From the NCBI RefSeq assembly GCF_009834535.1, contig NC_045696.1:83082001-83142000 (forward strand): a stretch of 60,000 nt of DNA, read 5' to 3'. Positions 53,489 to 60,000 of the stretch are shown here, piece after piece. Origin of the DNA: Camelus ferus (Eukaryota). The number at the start of each line of letters is the position of its first letter. Position 1 is the first letter of the stretch. Both the position numbers and the translations under genes were made by a program. Under the pieces are notes generated by a model. That model had not been told where the DNA came from. It did not search any database and saw only the letters and a list, made by a program, of their open reading frames with translations.

Positions 53489-54297
53489 GTGCACGCAGAT
53501 AAACAAAAAACCTCGTCCCTCCGTCATTAAATTGAGCACAGGCTGTTATGACACTTGACAGCCCTACAATGCTCTTGGCTGTGTCAGTCACTCTTTTTGC
53601 AACCTAAAAATGTGAGGCCAAAAAAAAGAATAACCTTAATGAAAGTTCTTGACTACTGAGGTTTTTCTATGGAATCTAATATTCTCTATTTTCTTTCTTT
53701 TTTCTTACAAGCAGGCAGCTACATGACAATATTAATAACTAGAGTCTAGTTTTCTAGATATCTAGTGCTTGTATCAACTTTACCAATTATCTAGTCTTCA
53801 ATGACTAATTACATGACTCCTGACATGCTACTTAATTCCACCTAGATTCAGCATCCTCATTCATAAAACGAGGATAGTAATAGAACCAAACTCAGTTGTT
53901 CTGAGGACTAGGTGAGTGAATGAATGACAAGCACAGCACAGGGAACACAGAACAGGTGCTCAATTACCATGAGCTTTGAGTAATGTATTATCACTATATG
54001 GGATATGCCTATATTTACCATGCAGTGTTACTTACTACACATTGAATTATATATTATTATGCAAATATTACTATATATTACCGATTATCTAGTTGAACCC
54101 CTTCCTTTTGTTTACAAAAACCAAGAGCCGGCGACATTTATTCACTATTCTAAGGTGGCCCTGCTATATTCAGGAGAAAGGACTGTGTATATTGGAGGTG
54201 AGTACAGAAAGAAATAAGTCTAGAATTTTGGGAAGAAGCTAAAGAATCATTTAAAAAAAATCATCAGTGTTGGATGTTCTTAGTCATCAAATCCTTT

Positions 54298-54594
54298 TGA
54301 GACAGGAGGGAAGGGGGCAGGGCACAGCCACTGAAGGAATGACACAGCAACTGAGGACAGGACACACTGGTTAGAACTAAGATGGCAGAAGATTCGACTT
54401 CCGGTAGACCCTAAGCCTCATGGCGCACCCACAGGCGCCATGACGGTTCCCAGGCTGACCATAAAAGGTCAAAAAGCAGGCAGTGGAGGGCATTTCCTGG
54501 AAATCCTCCCCCCTCCCCCAACTCAGTTGGGGTAATCCTCTTACTCATTAGCATATGAAATTACCGAGCCCATAAAAACTAACAACTCTGCACC
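54298..54594 (+). mobile_element. 5' half of an ERV1 LTR, same family as 16091-16683
   Basis: Aligns by eye with the reverse complement of about 16355-16683 (tgagacagg..gaatgacacagcaa..ctggttagaactaagatgg..ttagcatatga). Confidence 0.8.
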
Positions 54595-56342
54595 TTGTCG
54601 TCTGTCACATTCTTAAAAAAGCTTCTGAGAAGTGCTTTCAGAAATGGAGTAGAGACCAAGAAGCTGTGGTGCTGGCTTGCACCTCGGCTTCCCTTCTCCT
54701 CTTACCACTGCTGCCATCTTAAAAGCCCTGGTGATTCCCTCCAGTTTAGTGTAGGCTCCTGAGTATTTTTCAGTACCAAAAACTCTGTTTCTTATGTCTC
54801 TTTTTACTTGGTACATTATTACTATGAAACTTTAATCCTAAACTGCTTTACTAAGTTGTCAAAAATGTTCTTTAATTGAATCTAGCAAATTTTTAATGAG
54901 CATTCCTTGTAAATCAAGAGCTGGGGAATACAACAATGAATGACGGTTTTAATCATGTATAAACAGACAATTATAATACAAAGTGCTGAGCAATGCTATG
55001 GAAGGCAGGGATTTAGTGTTTTTGTTTGCTTGTTTGCATAGACTGGAAAATAAAAGTCCCTGAGGGATTTTAATAGGCAACAAAATGAAGGGAGAAACAT
55101 TTCTTTAAGAGAAGAGCAATGAATAATAGCGCCATATTTTAAAAGCACAGGGTGCTTGTGGGGAAGACTAGGGTATGTGGGATCCAGAAGAGAGTAGTCA
55201 AAAATGATGATGCGTCTTTAGTGCCCAAAAGTCTCTGTGGAATTTTGTAAGGCACTGAGTAGGTCGTTGAGGGCTACAAAGTAACGACAGGACTAACTTC
55301 TTTAAGAAGATCTAGGTGAGACATCGTGGAAGGCGATAAGCGTAGGGGAAAGAGCAGCAAGTGGACCCACCAGTGCTCAACTTAAAGCCCTTTCGTCGCT
55401 GCACGACTCCCTCCCATTCCCGCAGGTGATGGGGAGATGAACGCATAGGTAATGACACAGCCATCAGTTCTCAACCACATCCCTATTTTAAAACTGAATT
55501 TGCACAGTAGCGTTTTGAAAGTCCTGTCTCTGCTTCAGTGTTGCCTCTCGGTAGCACGTCTCCATGGGAGCTGACATTTTGCTAATAGTTCATCAGGCTG
55601 GACCGCCTGCCGAGAACCAGATTGGTAAAGGAGATGCATCTCACTGCTGGGAAGGATGGGAGATGTATTATTTAAACACAATTTATTTTACAGTAACTTT
55701 AAGAATCAAATTGAAGGTGGCTTCAGAGAGGTTAAGGCATGTTACTACACCTCACCTCTTGGTGCTTGGTGATGCTTAACGCTCTTAAAATTGTTCTTCT
55801 AATAGTTTTTTATGTGTTGGTTTTGTTTTATTTTGTTTTACAAGTACTCTTTGATTTCTGCCTTAGATACGTGTCTTCTTTTTTACAACAGTGTGTCATA
55901 AAGGAAATGCCAGCCCTGGTTTATGGTTGGTGTGTTATGGGAAGTTGGAAAACAGATTAGTGGTTGAGGTATCAAATGGTTTCTGGAAATCTGAGTCAAT
56001 ACTCCAGCTACATGAGTCCTAGAGAAAGAGACTGAGGGGACTGAGTCTACACATAAAGTGATGCAACATTTTTTTTTTGGTTATTTTTTGAATCTCAAAT
56101 CAATTAAGCTAAGTGATTATTTTTTGTATCAAAAATAAAATAGTCTAGCTAAACAGCAATTTTTTTGCTCCTTGAAACCATTTGTTGATTTATTTAATTC
56201 AACCCCAAAGGTCAAGTTAGTTACCTGTTTAGAAACAGCAGAGTAAAATCAACACCTGAAAAGTAATCATTTCTCAGTATCAAAAAAGAAACAAAAGGTT
56301 AAGAAATCATTCAAAGTGTGCAGAATACAATTATTTGCTAGC

Positions 56343-56548
56343 TAGTGGTATACTGGAGCTGCTATTACCAGCTCAGAAAGCCAGTTGTTAAATTGCAACC
56401 TGAAAATTTTCAGGAATTTTGCGAGCCAGCTGACATCACGTTGGTTGCTTGAAGTCGCCGTGGTAGGAGGATTACATGGGAAATCGTCAAACGATACAAA
56501 TCAGGGTTTTTATATTTCAGAGAACCCAGTAGCTAAACATTTATCAGC
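56343..56548. mobile_element. MER63-like hAT DNA transposon
   Basis: agtggtatactggagc..ttttcaggaattttgcgagcc..tacaaatcagggttt..taaacatttatcagc. Confidence 0.65.
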
Positions 56549-57189
56549 TTCTGTCTACAGAAAGTTCACACCTGTGTTCAATATGGTTTTCATGGCCTTT
56601 AATGACGTTTGACCATCATCACTTCATGATAATTCATTATTTCATGATGTTTGGTCATATAATGTTTAAAGCTAATCTGTATTTGGAACTGGTATCTCCC
56701 TTCTCACACACCGTCTCCCCCATTCTCTCTAGTGTTCTCTTCTCCAATAGGGAAGGGGCCTATTTTGTAAATGCTCATAAAAAATAGGGCAGAATTTAGA
56801 GAAGTAATAACAAAATGACCGAGGGATAGAAACTGGGATTCCCAAAGAAAGGGAAATGAAGTGTTCAGAGGAAACACTACTATGTTCTTTCATTTATTAA
56901 TTTTTAAAAGTATTTTAGAGGTGCTGCCAAGCTATGCTCAAAATCCACATCATCTGAAGTGGGAGAAAACAGTCTTAAATTAAAAGATCAACAAGATCAA
57001 TTTGAAGAAAAAAACATCTTGACTATATGGGAACTGTTAAGACCACGAGACAACACCTTAAGAACAAACTATTACCTTACTTAGATATTTAGTGAATGAT
57101 CGGTCTGAAGATGATGTAGTTTCTCCCTTGATTGTAAAGGGGAAAAACAGTAAAGGAGTACTATGGGAAAGACAGAACTGTAAAGCGGA

Positions 57190-57560
57190 GAAAATATTCA
57201 CTCACAGTCCCACCATCTGGATAATAACTGCGGTCCTTTCTACCATGATTTCCCACATGCATACGTGGGTACAGGCTTTTGCGGAGTTGGACCATTCTCT
57301 ATATAAAACATCTAATGTCAATTTAATGTCAATTCTCCTGACATTACACATTCTTCCAAAAACATGAATCTTAATGACATCAGAATAGTCCACTGATGTG
57401 TTACAGGATTTGTTTACTCATTCTCCTCCTGGTGCATATTTACGTTATTTCTATTCCATATTTTTACTCTTATAAATAAGGCTGGGATAAAGAAAAAGCT
57501 GGGATCACTTCTGAGATTATTTGGTAAGAAGCCCAATACATGAGGCTAAACCTTCACAGA
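57190..57560 (-). mobile_element. Old L1ME-like 3' fragment
   Basis: cccaccatctggataataactg..aatagtccactg..ttataaataaggctg. Confidence 0.5.
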
Positions 57561-59197
57561 GACGATACATTCTCATCAGGAGTGCGAGTGTCTGTGCACC
57601 ACAGCTGCCCCCAACCTCAATGCTGTTTAGGAAGCAGAAAGAAAAAATACAATCTACCATAATCCTGAGGATTTTCTCACAGAGTGAAATAAAACCCTTT
57701 AAAAAAATTATTTTGCCCTAGTATTTGTATTTATAACTTCTAAAAATCGGAATTTCTATAAAGCCATTATTTTTAGAAATAGCTTTTTGGTCTCTCCTGC
57801 CTCTAAAACATATTACCTTGTATAGCCAGTAAGTATTTTTACAGTTCATTATGCAGAGTAACTAGGTTTGAAAATTCTGTAAGCACCATTACAGGGTATT
57901 TAGAGAAATGTTGTATGCTTTTCTTCAAACATAAGCCCCTTTTTAAATGCCACACACATCCCTTGTGGAGCACACATGAAGCATTTTTAATAAGTCCCAT
58001 CATTTGCTTCCATTCATTTCCCTAAATATCCAATTATGATAATTATATAATTTGTGTTTGTATCTGTGTGTGCAAAATCAGATAATAGCATGTAACACTA
58101 AAATTAAACTGGACTAGGAGTTGGGGAATATTTTTGCCTACCCAACTCAATACATTATCTCATGTATCAGGTTGCCAATAAAATTAGAATTGTCATCCCA
58201 AATCTCTCAGGATTATTATGGAATATTCTCCTGGGGTTTGAAATCCTAGAAGGGAAGAGAGTTATAATGTAACTATTAAAATTAATATTTTGAAGAATGA
58301 GCAGTTTGTCTTTCTTTTCACTTGTTTCTAAATAGTCTATTTATATCAATTGGAACAGATATATCACTACCTGCTTAATAATTATTCCATTGAAGTTGAG
58401 TTAGACAAGAGAAAAATGTCACTTCACTGTGGAAATAGCAAGTAACTACCTTTTGAATATGTAAATTCTTACCTTTAAGCTTTTTTAAAAAAAAAAAAAA
58501 AAAAAAGCAAACAAGTAGGTTAGGGATAGCCAACTGCTGCACCAGCAAACTTTATCCTGTTTGAGAGGCTTGTCAACAGCACAGAATGACAGTCCTAAAG
58601 CACAGACAATCTCGTTACATCTAGAAAAATCGTCAGGCAACGACCTTGTCCTACCACTCTTGCTTGAGGGTTTTCCTGAGGGGCAGTAATGCATTTTCCC
58701 CAATGATCAGATGATTAGCCAAGTGCTAATATTATCCTGGTGCTACATTCTATATTTACGTTTAAGTTTCTGGTTTTATTTGCTTGTTGGTTTTTAGGAA
58801 GTCCTAAACACTGAAGCTAATTCAGATCACCGTTCACACCTCATAACATCAGAGACAATTCAAATAATAGACTTTTGCTAACCTTTGTCAAACCATTTGT
58901 ATTTGAAATAGTAATGTAAAAAAAAAAGATACCATTCTTACCATCCAGCCACTGCTTTCCTCAAGTTTTCGAGTTACTCTGTCCCACCACTGATGGAGTA
59001 GAGAAGGCGACGTGGGCAGGGTTGACAGATTATGTAAGAGTGACAAACATAAAAGGTCATAGTTCTACTGGCACTCTGAAACAGATTCAGTTTAACTCGT
59101 AACTTTTTATCAGTCTATAATCTGCTCCCACCCTAACAAGAATGATTAAATACAGTCTAGCAAATTCTTATAGTGCCTTTCAGTAAAACTTTAAGTT

Positions 59198-59718
59198 GTA
59201 TGCTATGATCAGTTGGTTCCAAAGATGGCTACAATCATATCTCCCAGCTAACAGGTCTTCTGCAGAGATTTTGTGACTCATCAGGAGGTAGATCTGTTTC
59301 TCCTCCCCTTGAATCTGGCTGTCCTATGACTTGCTTTAAGCACTACAGTGTGGCCGAGGTAATTATGTGTGGCTTCTGAAGGTAGACTTTTTGACACATT
59401 GTAGCTTCTGTTTTCCCACTTTGGGGATGCTCTTTCTTGGACGTTTGTCTTGAATCCGCCATGCTATGAGGAAGCCCAAGCTAACCTTGTAGAAACGCTA
59501 TGTACAGGAAAGGCCAGATTCCCCTGGTTAAGAAGCCCCAGCTGATCTACTAGCTGGAAGCAGCCACTAGTGACTCCAGGTGAGACCAGAAGGAAAACCA
59601 TCTTATAAATCCACAGAATCAAAAAAAATAATCATCATAAATCATTGTTCGGATGATTTGTTACAAAGTGTTGGTGTTGGGATGGTTTGTTACACAACAA
59701 TAGACAGTTAAAACGTGT
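59198..59718 (+). mobile_element. MaLR LTR (MLT1-like)
   Basis: aaagatggctac..tctcctccccttgaatctggctg..atgctatgaggaagcccaagcta..ggtttgttacacaacaatag. Confidence 0.75.
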
Positions 59719-59821
59719 ACCCAACTAACATCACAGCTCATACAGCAGTTACAAATAAGCACTTATAAAACTAACAACTTCAATGACTTCGTGGGTCATT
59801 TTGTCTAGGTTAATGACTTAC

Positions 59822-59964
59822 GTACGGTACAGGCTTTTCCTGTGTAATGGGGAAGATAGTTGCAGTTTCCAGTTTTGTTTTTTTTTTTTTTTTTCTCTGA
59901 CCTCCATTCTCACAGGGTCCACAGGAGAACTGGCACCCTGGTCCCCAGAGGCCATCAGGACAGG
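59822..59964 (-). pseudogene. EGFEM1: Near-intact EGF exon (CPDGLWGPGCQFSCGPCENGGQ..KTGNCNYLPHYTGKACTV) frameshifted by an A17 run
   Basis: Strong polypyrimidine tract plus aag acceptor, donor gtaagt. Length 143 bp against an expected 132. Two Cys lost. Confidence 0.85.
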
Positions 59965-60000
59965 CTTGTAAAATAAAAAGAGAGAAAAAGAAAGGAGCTA

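Noticed and set aside
57200..57300. ACTHVCMW with ag/gt boundaries
   Set aside because: Lies within an old L1 3' UTR fragment.
58485..58703. Cys-rich ORF
   Set aside because: Cys spacing is not EGF-like and there is no donor.
1..60000. miR-551b (known to lie within EGFEM1P), tRNA genes, CRISPR or other prokaryotic systems
   Set aside because: The mature miR-551b sequence was not seen on either strand, the only tRNA-like sequence is a SINE, and the DNA is mammalian with no repeat-spacer array.

Overview
AT-rich mammalian genomic DNA, most likely camelid (a tRNA-derived SINE resembling Vic-1 with a 19-bp TSD, and artiodactyl-type L1 3' ends). The whole window lies inside the 3' part of a large minus-strand gene encoding MEGF6-type EGF repeats, one repeat per phase-1/phase-1 exon. 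The best identification is EGFEM1, the MEGF6 paralogue that is the pseudogene EGFEM1P in human. Three exons are intact (11924-12055, 6457-6585, 4181-4306). One exon (59822-59964) is near-intact but frameshifted by an A17 run. The ~48-kb 'intron' between 12055 and 59822 holds an exon graveyard: about 11 clearly recognisable and a further 12-24 weaker fossil EGF exons. They are all on the gene strand, mostly ~105-145 bp, with mutated cysteines, frameshifts and broken or retained splice sites. The rest is L1, L2, L3/CR1, MIR, MaLR and ERV1 LTRs, MER DNA transposons and microsatellites. Most ORFs in the supplied track are spurious. Family names and MEGF6 comparisons are from memory, not from a database search.
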